This document shows positions 23,914 through 36,195 of a DNA stretch of 37,194 bases, one piece after another. Both the position numbers and the translations under genes were made by a program. The notes under the pieces were generated by a model. That model did not search any database and had not been told where the DNA came from. It worked only from the letters and a program-made list of their open reading frames with translations. This DNA comes from Jimgerdemannia flammicorona (Eukaryota), in NCBI GenBank assembly GCA_003990765.1, contig RBNJ01000194.1, positions 1 to 37,194 on the forward strand, in the 5' to 3' direction. Numbering within the stretch: the first letter of the stretch is position 1; each line of letters opens with the position of its first letter.

Positions 23914-25954
23914 TGTAAGCACACAACCTCTAAGCCACAGAAATCACATATCACTCTCTGAACAAGCCACCGAAATCATATGCAATAGCTGAACAAATCT
24001 GGAAATCACCTGTATGATCACAAAGCTGAGTCAATCCAAAGTCACAGAATACAAGACTTACACAAACAGAATCTTACCAATCAGGACCAAATATATATAT
24101 ACCAACCACCGAGACATGCCGAAATAGAGAACCAAAACAAACAATAACCACAACTTCTGAATATATACAAATATGACCACTGAGATCTACAACTGCATTC
24201 ATGCTAACATTTGGAATACCATTGTCAACTGAGCCACACCCTCTCTGCCCCTCATGAATATCTATAGCTTAGCACCCCTCTACTTTGTGGAAGCCCAATG
24301 GAATGCCCTGAACATGCTTAGCAAGGCCCACTGAATCAGATAAATCTCAAGCTACTATCAGATTGGATGCCTCCTAGAAGACATGGTCGAACACTACCAT
24401 GACATGGATATTACCCAGATGTCTCAACATTAGAAACTCATTGCCTGTAAACATCGAGAACTTTTTTATGAGTACAGCACCTTTATTCTCTATCTCTGAG
24501 TTACTACTGCTAAAATGGTTACTACTCTATCCTATGGCCAAATCAATGATATGATACAAGAACTCAACCACAAGTACCTTAAGTATGTTCAGACCACAGA
24601 CAGAACCTTCCCACACCCCGATGACCATATCCTGCAAATGCCTCAAGTTGGATATACTATGAAGGATGTCTACAATATAATTTGATTTGATAAAGACAAA
24701 GCAGAAGAAAATGATCTCTCTGACACCAACATAACCTTGAGCCAAGGATTCCTGCCAACCTTGATCACTCCACCAACCTTGCCAATAAACTTACAACAGT
24801 TCATAACTACCTATGAGATCTATTGAGACAATGACCACTAGTATGAATACTAACCTACATTCACCCCCAATTACTTCAACTATAATGAAGAGACTGGAGA
24901 ACACAACCTGTACCTTCAGACAACTCTTGAGATTGAACCAACCACTCCATCACCTGAGTATGAGTGACATGAATTACAGCCACTAGCTTACTACAACCCT
25001 GTGATTCATAGTGCTATAACCTATAGAAGATATGCAGATAGTGAATTCGATGAAAGTGAAGATGATGCACTTCTCCTTTGCCCACCAACATCTTATCCAG
25101 TATATAAGATGAATGATGCTATTCTGTGGGACAGTGATGAAGTCCCAATGTATTACTACCTCAGTGAATAAGGAGAATTAATCTGTGAATAACTTTTCCT
25201 AGATGACTACTTCATCAGAGATAATGCCATTGATGGTGATATCATCAAAGACTACTCAGACAGCATCTAAATCTTAAATAGTTTAGCAGTTATAGTATAG
25301 TTAGATTAGCCTTATACAATGTGACTGTAAACTAACTCAGCAGTCAGATGATCTCCTAACATGTTAGGTCACCCTTATATACATGACTGCATTCCGACTC
25401 AGCAAAGCACTAAGTGCTACATCTATATCTAGTATAGTCTAGATAGCCCCTTACTAGTATAAATACCCCCTCTTCCAGACCTCAGAATCTTAGACTTGAA
25501 TATTTGAACAATCTAAACACAACTCCTGAATACTTCCCTACAATATCCCTTCACACAACTACTCCTAGTATAGCAATATTATAAATCATAAATAAACCTA
25601 TTTAATAACCCATAACTCACTCTTAAGTAAATCTGCTCCCTGTTAGGTCCCACTTCTAACCCTGTCACAAAAATTCCTAATTGAGTATTGTCTGCAGTGA
25701 TATACTGATTCAACTAAGCTGGTCTTAGTTTCTTGAACTTCCTGAAATATGAAAAATCCTGAACCTCCAGAACTAGTCCAAAAAAGGACTTTGGTTGAGA
25801 CATTAATCCAATCTTGAAATCAATAAGCATAGAGGATGTACTTTATATAAAATTGATCTTGACTATAAGAAAACAGTCTTCCCGAATATCCAGAACTTCC
25901 AGAAAACCCTTCCAGAACTATGTAACAGTTATTCTAAAAAGCAACTCTTTTACA
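23914..25954 (+). repeat. Family-A 5' LTR (2041 bp)
   Basis: Direct repeat of 32418-34487; TATAAATA at 25458-25465 and AATAAA at 25591-25596. Confidence 0.95.
24173..25270 (+). pseudogene. Family-A LTR-internal ORF (366 codons), 5' LTR copy
   Basis: ATG 24173 to TAA 25270 is 1098 nt, the same length as the 3' LTR copy; stops are transition-type only. Confidence 0.8.
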
Positions 25955-25957
25955 ACT

Positions 25958-25972
25958 TGGTAGTAGTGGTTT
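25958..25972 (+). promoter_or_regulatory. Putative primer-binding site of family A
   Basis: TGGTAGTAGTGG 3 nt after the 5' LTR. It resembles a TGGTAGC-type initiator-Met PBS after C>T decay; the tRNA identity is an inference. Confidence 0.6.
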
Positions 25973-25982
25973 ACAATCTAAT

Positions 25983-28900
25983 TCTGCTTCAAGATGCTTC
26001 CTCACCCCACTACAAACCCTCTGAGAATTCTTACAAGTTGGTATAAAGCCCAACCTCTGAACTGGAATTTATTCCAAACTATCTGATAATCTGAAGAGAA
26101 TTGAACCTGATATATAAGGACAATTTGACCTTCACACCTGCAACAAGTGGGACAAACTTCATTCAAAGAAAGAAGTACTCTAGTTAAATCAGCAAATAGG
26201 TAAAACTCTATTCACCAAACTCCTTGCTCTACACCCAGTAAGTCAAGATGAAGAAGGTCTTATAATAGCCTTCTTTACTCTTCTCAATAAGAGTTTTGTT
26301 AGCTCCACAAATCTGAGCAACCTAGGATAACTAGCAGTAGTCTTTCTAGCCTTAGTCCCTCATAAAGCCCAGGCCTCTATAGCCAAGTAGCTCAACTCTA
26401 CTAACTTTCACTACACCAGAACTAAGACTGCATTATACTACTGATTCCAGAATAGCAAGGCCTACCATATTCTTAAGGAAGAAGTGAGAGAAACCCTTCA
26501 TCAACAGTCTGACCCCAAACCTGAAGCAGGCTCTGCTATTACTCTATCTGAATCTGAAACCAATACCAAACCAGAACTCAACTTTGAATTAATTCCATCT
26601 GAAATCAGATATATAACTGATTCTGTCTACTTTGATGCTGAGTAAACCCAACTACATGAGGACTAAACTGAGGAGGAGAAGGAGTATCTCAGTGAATTTG
26701 ATCCCAGATATATCACTGAAGGAGACACACCTCCATTAGGACAGAATATACCTACATAGCAGCAAATAGCTATTTATCAAGCCCTTACTCCAGACCCACA
26801 ACTACTACTCCAGCAACTTACACAGACTCAAAGAACACCCTCACACTCTGTACCAGTATCTCAAGTAGTATCAGTAACACTACTACCAATAGTCCAACCA
26901 CCTCCAGTAAACAATATGGTAAACCAACAGATTCTAGACCTCACAGCCTAAGTAGCAATAATGGTAGCAACTATTACTACCTTAGCTGAACAGACCTGAC
27001 CTACCAAAAATCTGAGCCTACCTATCTTCAATGGTACTGCACAAGAAATCCAAAGCTTTATTAGTATAGTTGATACCAACTTCAAAGCCAATCAATAGAC
27101 CAATGAGTGAGTTGCTGACCACCTTCTGATAAACAATCAAGACCATACTCTGGAACAACTCTTTGCTACTACTACAGCCTATGTCTGCTGAGTTGTTACA
27201 TTCTTCTGAGGACCTGCTGAAGAATGGTGGCAAACTCTTCCTGAAAAATCCCTCACATAAAATACCCAATCTATAGTAGTTGCTCAGAATGCAGCAAATA
27301 ATACTCCAGGATATGGAGTCCATCCTGCAGCCCCTGGACTCAAACAACTCATGATTGCTCAATACTACAGTGAAACTATGATTACCGAATCTCAAGTAAA
27401 ACTCTGCAACCTCAAATTCGATATATATAACAAGAAAGAATTTGAAACCTTCTATACAAAACTCAAGTCACTCCTGAACACTGTTAGCCTAGGATATATT
27501 TCCAATGATGAGACATGAAATGGTACAAGAGCAGACCATTTATTTGATGCCCTACCTGAATGGCTTACTAGAAAAATCTGAGAACAAGGCTGCCCAGTTA
27601 GTTGTAATCATCAACAATAGTGCTTGGTAAGAATCAAGACTATGGTCAAGTGAATCCTAACAGCTGGACCAATTCTACCCCAAAGACAATTCAACAACAA
27701 GGAAAAGACTTGGACCAAGAAGGAAGAACCTAAGCATGAAGCATCCTGAGCTCTCTCTACATCCACCCCTTGGACATCCAGAAATCACAAACCCACCCAG
27801 CCGAGTACCTTCAAGAAACTCACTGAAGGAGAAAGGAATGAACTTCAAAGAAGTGGAGCATACTTCTATTGCTAAAAGACAGGAAATATGGCCAGTGCCT
27901 GCCCCAACTGAAAACCCCGAACAGCAACACAAGCAACTATTACTACTCTGCACCACCTCAATAACCTGATCACCAGAATACTAGACTTTGTCAAGTTAAG
28001 TCAAACTGCTAAGGCCCCAACCAAAGGAAGTCAAAAGGCAGCTGGATATGATCTATATGCAGCCAAAGAAGCTACAGTTTCCAACCAAGAAGTTAAACAA
28101 ATCTATATAGGAATTAGCATACAAATCCCTGAAGGATATGTTGGAAGAATATACTATCACAGCAGCCTAGCATTGAAAGGACTCTCAGTGGAAGGAGAAG
28201 TCATTGATGAAAATTATACAGGTGAAATTATTATTCTCATCTGAAACCATAATTGGACACTCTTTAAGATTCCCATTGGTTTCTGTATTGCCCAGATTCT
28301 ATTTGAAAAAATTGAGTCAACTCTGACAGTTAAGGAAGTCTCTGAACTACTGCCCACCATCTGAGGATCCAAAGGATTTGACTCATCAAACAAGGCCCCA
28401 GCCCAATCTACTATGAAGAAAGAAGAACAATTCTATAAGAAAATCGAAGATAGATATATACCAAGTGGCTGATACTCCCATGGTATTGGAATATACTCTT
28501 TGCGAATAATTGATGATTGCTTCTCTTGTATCAACAAACTAGCTCAAAGAAGAACCAACAGAAGGAAAGCTCCTATAACTGAAATCACCACTATTGGATC
28601 AGACAAACTGCTTATACTTCAAGCTTTTGTCAACTGAGCACCTGTTAAGATTATGATAGACAGTAGTGCTTCAGGCAACTTCATCAATGAAGAAATAGCC
28701 AACAGACTCAAGGTCTTCACCTCTCTAGTATAATAAACTCAAGCAGTTGCCACAACTGATGAAACCTCCCATGTCATTAGCAAAGAAGTCTGCAATCTAC
28801 CCTTCTGAATTAGTGACTACCAAGTACATGTTACCCTCCAGATCATACCACTTCCAGACAATAAAATCATCCTTAGAACTCTATAGTTAAAACAAAAAAA

Positions 28901-31900
28901 CCCCATGATTGATTGGGTAAACCATTCTCTGATCATCAAAAAAGGATGCCACAACTTTAAACTACAAGGTGAAAAAGACCCACTCAGCTCTAGTGACCCT
29001 GGACCAAAGATCACCCACATTAACAAGCTACAGCTCAAGAAATTGGTCAAGAAATGCCCTCTCTTTGCTATCTCCATCTATCCATCCAAAGGAGAACCCA
29101 AGAACTCTAAAGAAGACCTTTCCAAAGTTGATAGCCATGTTAGACCCTTACTTCAGAAATTTCAAGATATATTTTCAAAGAAGCTTCCAAAAGGCCTACC
29201 TCCTAAACAAGCAGTAGACCATACTATCAAAACTATCCTAGATACCAAGCCAGCCTTCAAGTCAATCTACCACATATTGCCAAGAAAAATCAATGTACTC
29301 AAGAAAGAAATTAATGAACTCCTAGAATAAGGATTCATTAGACCTAGTGTATTACTCTATGGTGCATCAGTCCTCTTTGTTGTCAAGAAAGGAGGAGATC
29401 TGCAAATGTGTATCAATTACCAAGACCTCAATGAACAGACCATCAAGAACTGTTGCCCACTACCCAGAATCGATAAAATATTTGATAGGTTTACTAACCC
29501 ACAATTCATAAGCTCTTTTGACCTACAGAATGGTTACTGGCAAATTGCTATGAAAGAAGAAGATATTTACAAGACAGCCTTCTGAATCTGCTATGGACAC
29601 TTCAAGTTCCTGGTTATGCCTTTCAGCTTAACTAATACTCCTGCAACCTTCCAGATACTAATGAATACCATCCTATATCCATACCTGGACAAATTTATTA
29701 TTGTCTACATTAATGACATCTTAGTCTTTGAGAAAACTGACTCTTTGCAAAACTCAGCAAATGTGAAAGAAATCCAATTTCTTGAACACATTGTCATACC
29801 AAATAGAATCAAAGTAGACCCCAGCAAAATCTCTGCAATCAAGGATTGGCCCAGACTCAAGAAGCTGAAAGACCTCCAGTCATTCCTGGGATTAGCAAAC
29901 TATTACAGATAATTTATTACCAACTTTACCAAAATTGCTATCACTCTTACCCAAATGACTAAGCACAATAAGAAAGGAGAACAGCCCTGGACCATGAAGC
30001 AAGAGAAAGACTTCAACAATCTTGTAAATTGGGGACCTAAACAAGATACAGCCTTTCAAGTACTAAAAGATGCCTTAATAACTACTCCAGTACTTCAAGT
30101 GGCAAACTCTGCCCTGCCATATGAAGTTACTACTGATGTATCTGACCTAGCCCTTGGAGTAGTACTTATGCAAGAAGGACACCCTGTGGCCTATCACTCT
30201 CACAAATTCAATAATGCTGAGATTAACTATACTACCTATGTATGAGAAGGAAATGCTAGCCATTATAGATACTCTGATCAAATGGTGACCATACCTAGAA
30301 GAAGCACACTTCACTATATTGACTGACCACAAGTCATTAGTCAATATCAAGATACAGGCTACCCTTTCTTGAAAGCAAGCCAGATGGATGAAAGTTCTCA
30401 CCAACTTTGACTATGAAATTCAGTATCGCTCCAGTAAGAAAAACATTATTGCCGATGTAATCTCCAGACCACCTATTGAAGAAGTTATCCAAACTCTCAC
30501 CTTGGTTACCAACACTATCATGAAACAAATTATCATAGTATGTGCTAATGATAAGGAAGCTCAAGCACTCTGAGAAATCCTGAGCAGTGATAATACTGAC
30601 AAGTATATTCTGTATAACCAATACTAACTAAAGGACAATACTATCTACTACAAGGACAGATTATATGTTCCAAACAACTGAGACCTCTGAAGGACTATCC
30701 TATTTGAATATCATGATACCCCTATAGCTAGACATTTAGGATTTGACAAATGCTATAAAGTTATCTCCTAAAACTTCTATTGGCCCCATATGGCAGATTA
30801 GCTAAAGACCTACATCACTTCTTGTGATACCTGCTAACAGAATAAGTCATCAACACTAGCAAAACCTGGCTTACTCCACCCTATCTCAGTACCATCCACT
30901 AATTAGGAACAAATCTCTATAGACTTCATTGTATAACTACTCTGAACTAAGAATGAGAAAGATGCAATTATTGTCTTCATGGACTATCTCAGTAAACAAG
31001 CCCACTTTGTACCAACTACCACTACCACAATAGCACCAGACATAGCTATACTTTTGTTTGACAACATCTTTCACTATCATGGTCTTCCTAAGATTATTGT
31101 TAGTAACTGAGATCCAAAATTCACCAGCCATTTTTAGAAAGCCCTCTATATATACCTTGGAACAAAACTTGCACTATCTACAGTATTTCACCCTGAAACT
31201 AATGGTCAAACTGAAAGAATGAACCGAACTCTGGAATAAATACTAAGGAACTATATTTCCTATAGATAAGATAATTAGTACAAACACCTCACCACAGTTG
31301 AGTTTGCCTATAACAACAGCAAACAAGTCTCTCTTGAAATGACCCCATTTTTTGCCAATACTAGACAAAACCCAAACACTTCTCTGACACTTATCCAAAC
31401 TACTGATGAACTCTCTATAGTTGAAGCTATTGAAGAATTCTTACTCCAAATGTGCAATCTAAACCAGATTGCAATCGAGAACTTATTATGAGCTCAAGAA
31501 TAACAGTCACAGTATGTCAATCAACACTATCAAGAAGAGACTTTTGATATTGGAGAGAAAGTTCTACTGGACATCCAAGGATACTGAGTTGATAACCTCA
31601 AGTACAGACCATCTACAAAACTGAACAGCAAATTCATTGGACCATTTGAAGTTATCTCACAAGTCTCTCTAACCTCCTATAAATTGGTACTACCAGATAC
31701 CATTAAGATTCACCCAGTCTTCAATGTTCAACATCTCAAGTAATACAATGAAAATAATGATGAACTATTCCCAAACTGGACTACCGAACCACCTGTACCT
31801 ATCATTATTAATGACCAAGAAGAATATGAAGTTGAACAAATCCTCAACAAACATGACCACAAGAACCACCCTAAGTACCTTGTTAAATGGAAAGGTTACT

Positions 31901-31986
31901 CGATCTATGATGCAATATAGGAATCTAAGACCAATCTCTAGAATGCCATTGACTTAGTTCAGAAATATGATTTCTTAAATAACTAA
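25983..31986 (+). pseudogene. Family-A gag-pol pseudogene: N-terminal extension, capsid, Zn knuckle, dUTPase, PR, RT, RNase H, integrase, chromodomain
   Basis: Capsid LPIFNGT...GPAEEWW; knuckle AYFYC*KTGNMASACP (~27860); PR IMIDSSASGNFI (28659); RT YINDIL with a deletion after it; RH VTTDVSDLALGVVL; IN HDTPIARH..CDTC and [20 protein letters not shown] motif; chromo YEVEQILNK..YLVKWKGY (~31820-31940). Landmarks share one frame up to the 4-nt insertion at ~30240. Confidence 0.92.
27984..28390 (+). pseudogene. dUTPase domain of family A, between the Gag Zn knuckle and protease
   Basis: AAGYDLY, HSSLA (RSS-type), GEVIDENYTGEI, CIAQILF, *GSKGFDSS; in frame with both the knuckle and the protease. 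Confidence 0.93.
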
Positions 31987-32403
31987 AACCAAATACCCAA
32001 CATCTATCAGTACATACTATATATTATCCTCCTGAACATTATAATTATCATGAACAAAATCAAGAACTCAGCAAGTTAAGACAAAAGAATACTGACCCTC
32101 TGGAAAAATATGTAGCAAAACTGAAAGCCAGCCATTCTCTCTATACTACTGATGGAAAATGAGGCATAGATATTTAAGAAGATTTCTTAGAGGAAATTCT
32201 CCAGCAGTAAATGACATCAGAATCACTTCTGGTATATGGTATTGAATATATGACCCTTTAATGTATGAATCCAACATATTAGGCAACTGAACTATGAGTA
32301 TACCACTTCTGAGAAAAATGAACTTCACTGGACTTTTGACCTCCCAAATAGTATAACAATACTAGAACAAAATTAGAAGGCCCCGATGAGAATATCAAAA
32401 GCT

Positions 32404-32416
32404 AAGAAGGGGAGAG
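32404..32416 (+). promoter_or_regulatory. Polypurine tract of family A
   Basis: AAGAAGGGGAGAG, 1 nt before the 3' LTR. Confidence 0.9.
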
Positions 32417-32417
32417 T

Positions 32418-34487
32418 TGTAAGCACACAACCTCCAAGCCACAGAAATCACACATCACCCTCTGAATAAGCCACCAAAATTACACATGACAGCTGAATAA
32501 ATCTGGAAATCACCTGCATGATCACAAAGCTGAGTCAAACTGAAGTCACAGCACATAAAGCTGAGTCAATCTGAAGTCACAAAATACAAGACTTACACAA
32601 ATGAGATCTTACCAATCAGGACTAAATACATATACCAATCACTGAGATATATCGAAACAGAGAACTAAAATAAACAACAACTATAACTTCTGAATATATA
32701 CAAATATGATCACTGAGATCTATAATCACATTTGTGCTGATATTTGGAATGCCATTGTCAACCAAGCCACACCCCCTCTACCCCTCATGAATATCCATAG
32801 TCTAGCACCCCTCTACTTCATGGAAGCCTGATGGAATGCTCTAAACATGCTTAGTGAGGCCCACCAAATTGGACAAATCTCAAGCTACTACCAGATTGGA
32901 TGCCTCCTAGAAGATATGATTGAACACCACTATAACACAGATATTACCCAGATGTCTCAATATCAGAAACTCATTGCCTGCAAATATCAAGAACTCTTTT
33001 ATGAGTACAGCACCTTTATTCTCTATCTCTGAGTTACTACTACTGAAATGGTTAGTACTCTGTCCTATGGCCAAATCAACAATATGATATAAGAACTCAA
33101 CTACAAGTACCTTGAGTATGTTCAGACTACAGACAGAACCTTTCTACACCTCAACAACCATATCCTGCAAATGCCTCAAGTCGGATATACCATGAAGGAT
33201 GTCTATGATATAATTCAATTTGACAAAGATGAAGCAGAAGACAATGATCCCTCTGACACTGACATGACCTTGAGCCAAGGATCTCTGCCAATCTTGATTA
33301 CTCTGCCAACCTTACCAATGAACTTACAATAGTTCATAACCACCTATGAGACCTATTGAGACAATGACCACTAGTATGAATACCAACTTATATTCACCTC
33401 CGATTACTTTAACTATAATGAAGAGACTGGAGAACACAATCTGTACCTTCAGACAACTCTCAAGATCAAACCAACCACTCTACTACCTAAGTATGAGTGA
33501 CATAAACCACAGCCACCAGCTTACTACAACCCTGTGACTCATAGTGCTATAACTTATAGAAGATATGCAGACAACGAATCTGATAAAAGCAAAGACAATG
33601 CACCCCTCCTTCACCTACCAATATCTTATCCAGTATACAAGATGGATGATGCTATTCTGTGGGATAGTGACAAAGTCCTAATATATTACTACCTCAGTGA
33701 ATAAGGAGAATTAATCTGCAAACAACTCTTCCTAGATAGCTACTTCATCAGAGATGATGCCATCAATGGTGATGTCATCAAAGACTATCCAGATAGCATC
33801 TAAATCTTAAATAGTTTAGCAGTCATAGTATAGTTAGATTAGCCTCATACAATGTGACTGTGAACTAACTCAGCAGTTAGATGATCTCTTGACATATCAG
33901 GTCACTCTTATACTACATGACTGCATTCCAACTCAGCAAAGCACTAAGTGCTACATCCATATCTAACATAGTTCAGATAGCCCCTCACTAGTATAAATAT
34001 CCCCTCCCCCAGACCTCAGAATCTCAGACTTGAATACTTGAACAATCTGAACACAACTCCTGAATACTTCCCCACAATATCCCTTTACATAACTACTCCT
34101 AGTATAGCAATATCATGAATAGCAAATAAATCTATTTAATAATCCACAACCCACTCTTAAGTAAATCTACTCCCTATTAGATCCTACTCCTAACCCTGTT
34201 ATGAAAATTCCTGATTAGGTATTGTCTGCAGTGATATGCTGATTCAACTAAGCTGATCTTAGTTCTTGAACTTTCTAAAATACAGAAAATCCTGAACCTC
34301 CAGAACTAGTCCAAAAGAGGACTTTGGTTGAGACATCAATTCAATCTTGAAATCAATAAGCATAGAGGATATACTCCATATGAAATTGATCTTGACCATA
34401 AGAAAATGGTCTTCCAGAATATCCAGAACTTCCAGAAAACCCTTTCAGAACTATATAACAGTTACCCTAAAAAGTAACCCTCTTACA
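32418..34487 (+). repeat. Family-A 3' LTR (2070 bp)
   Basis: TGTAAGC...CTTACA followed by the TSD CTCTG. Confidence 0.95.
32706..33803 (+). pseudogene. Family-A LTR-internal ORF (366 codons), 3' LTR copy
   Basis: ATG 32706 to TAA 33803; contains track ORF 32847..33032 (SSYYQIGCLLEDM...KLIACKYQELFYEYSTFILYL) and continues in frame past TGA to ...DVIKDYPDSI*. Confidence 0.8.
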
Positions 34488-35011
34488 CTCTGCTCAGTAC
34501 ACCCCTCTTTATATTCTCTGCTGATTGCCTATTCTCCTACTAATATCTTATTCACTACCTATATTCTCTCCTTTCTTGTATTAGACTGAACCCATGTCTC
34601 TATACCAGATATAGCTTCTGCATTAGTACAATATCTGATGCTACTACTATCAGTCTCTCTGACTACAAAATTCAACTTCTTGGCCATTAGTTGAGCACTG
34701 TATACAAAGGCTATATTTATATACCTATCTCTCATTTGTTACATTTACAGACTTCTCTTACTTGTACTCATACTGCTCACATTACCAGTGATATATTCCC
34801 TCTCTTATCTCACCACTAATCATTTCTCCCCACCTCTGTATGGCCCATATCACCAGCCTCTCTCTTCTACTCACATGATTCATATCAACAGCCTCTCTTT
34901 ATCTCTTCTCCTCTCACACACCACCTGTCTTTCCATTTGAGCCATACCTAACCTCTATACCTCACTCTCTCTACAACTACCTCATGCTCTCTATAACTCT
35001 TTTATTTAGAT

Positions 35012-35693
35012 CAGTTTTATTTATTATATCCACTCTTCTTATATCTTTTTCTCTTTCCAAATATATGAACATTGAACTTCAATTGTGGGTTTTCTCTTCA
35101 CTATAGTTCTGATGTCTATAAGTTGGATTCAAATAGCTCTTCATGATGCAACTTTACTCGAGGAGAAGCATAGAGTTCAAATATTACAGCTAGACATTAA
35201 ATGAGGGGTTTCATTAGAAATTGCAGGTCAATAGTTGCAGAAATGTTTCAGATATCATATAGACAGTACAAGGGTTTTGGTGTAGCATAGATCTTTGGTG
35301 CCAATATGCTCACTTTTATATTAGCTAGAAAACACCTCTCTATCATACTGTCCAATATACATACCTGTATCATATCTGGTTTTACTCAAATGTTTCATAC
35401 ATATGCTTTATATATACTCAGTATACATATTCATTTTTGCCACCTCTCTCCCTCCTGTCTTCTGTACATCTTGATTTTTGTTTTATATACTGTTGGTTCT
35501 GGGCCAGTTTTGTTCATTGCATCCACTCTTCTTATACCTTTTTCTCTTTCCAAATATATGAACATTGAACTTCAATCATGGTTTTTCTCTTTACTGTGGT
35601 TCCAATGTCTGTGAGTTGGGTTCAAGTGGTTCTTCACAATACAACTTTACTTGAGGAGAAGTGTAGGGTTCAAACATTACAGCTAGACATTGA
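35012..35693. repeat. Two diverged ~190-bp direct repeats (35012-35200 and 35505-35693)
   Basis: Shared CAGTTTT...CTCTTTCCAAATATATGAACATTGAACTTCAAT...ACAGCTAGACATT at a constant 493-bp offset, differing mostly by transitions. Confidence 0.85.
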
Positions 35694-36195
35694 ACACAAT
35701 TTGCTGATGAAGGTTATTCCGCATGCCAGTATGACATTGGCCACCCAACAATGATAACGACTGTAATTCTGAAGGATAAACTCAACATTGGACTCCTAAA
35801 ATTGTTCTAGTTGGTGTTCCAGCAAATTAGTGAGGAAGAATTGTTCACATGTCTGTTTATTTCAGAGTAAACCCCACCGTTTTCGGGCGCAAAATATACA
35901 TAATGATTTAATGTTACGAAATGAGAGGTATGCTTAGATATTTCAGCTAGATGACAGCAGACAAAACCACACTCGCAACCCCTCTGAATGAGAATCTAGT
36001 GTTTTTGGATAGGACCCTCGTGTTACTTTGATCTGATGCAAAGATGAAAAAGATATGTTAAACCCAAAATGAATCCATCGAACCAATCCTCGAGAACTCA
36101 CTCAATCACCATCAAGCACCTATCGACAGCTCAATCCTCAAACCTGCCTCACACCAACCAGGCCCCCCCCCCCTCAAACAAAATAATGCCAACTT

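Larger units (their letters stand above)
23914..34487 (+). mobile_element. Full-length (10574 bp) family-A chromovirus-type Ty3/Gypsy retrotransposon, inactivated
   Basis: TGTAAG...CTTACA termini; perfect 5-bp TSD CTCTG (23909-23913, 34488-34492); two ~2-kb LTRs, PBS, PPT and the full domain set. Confidence 0.97.
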
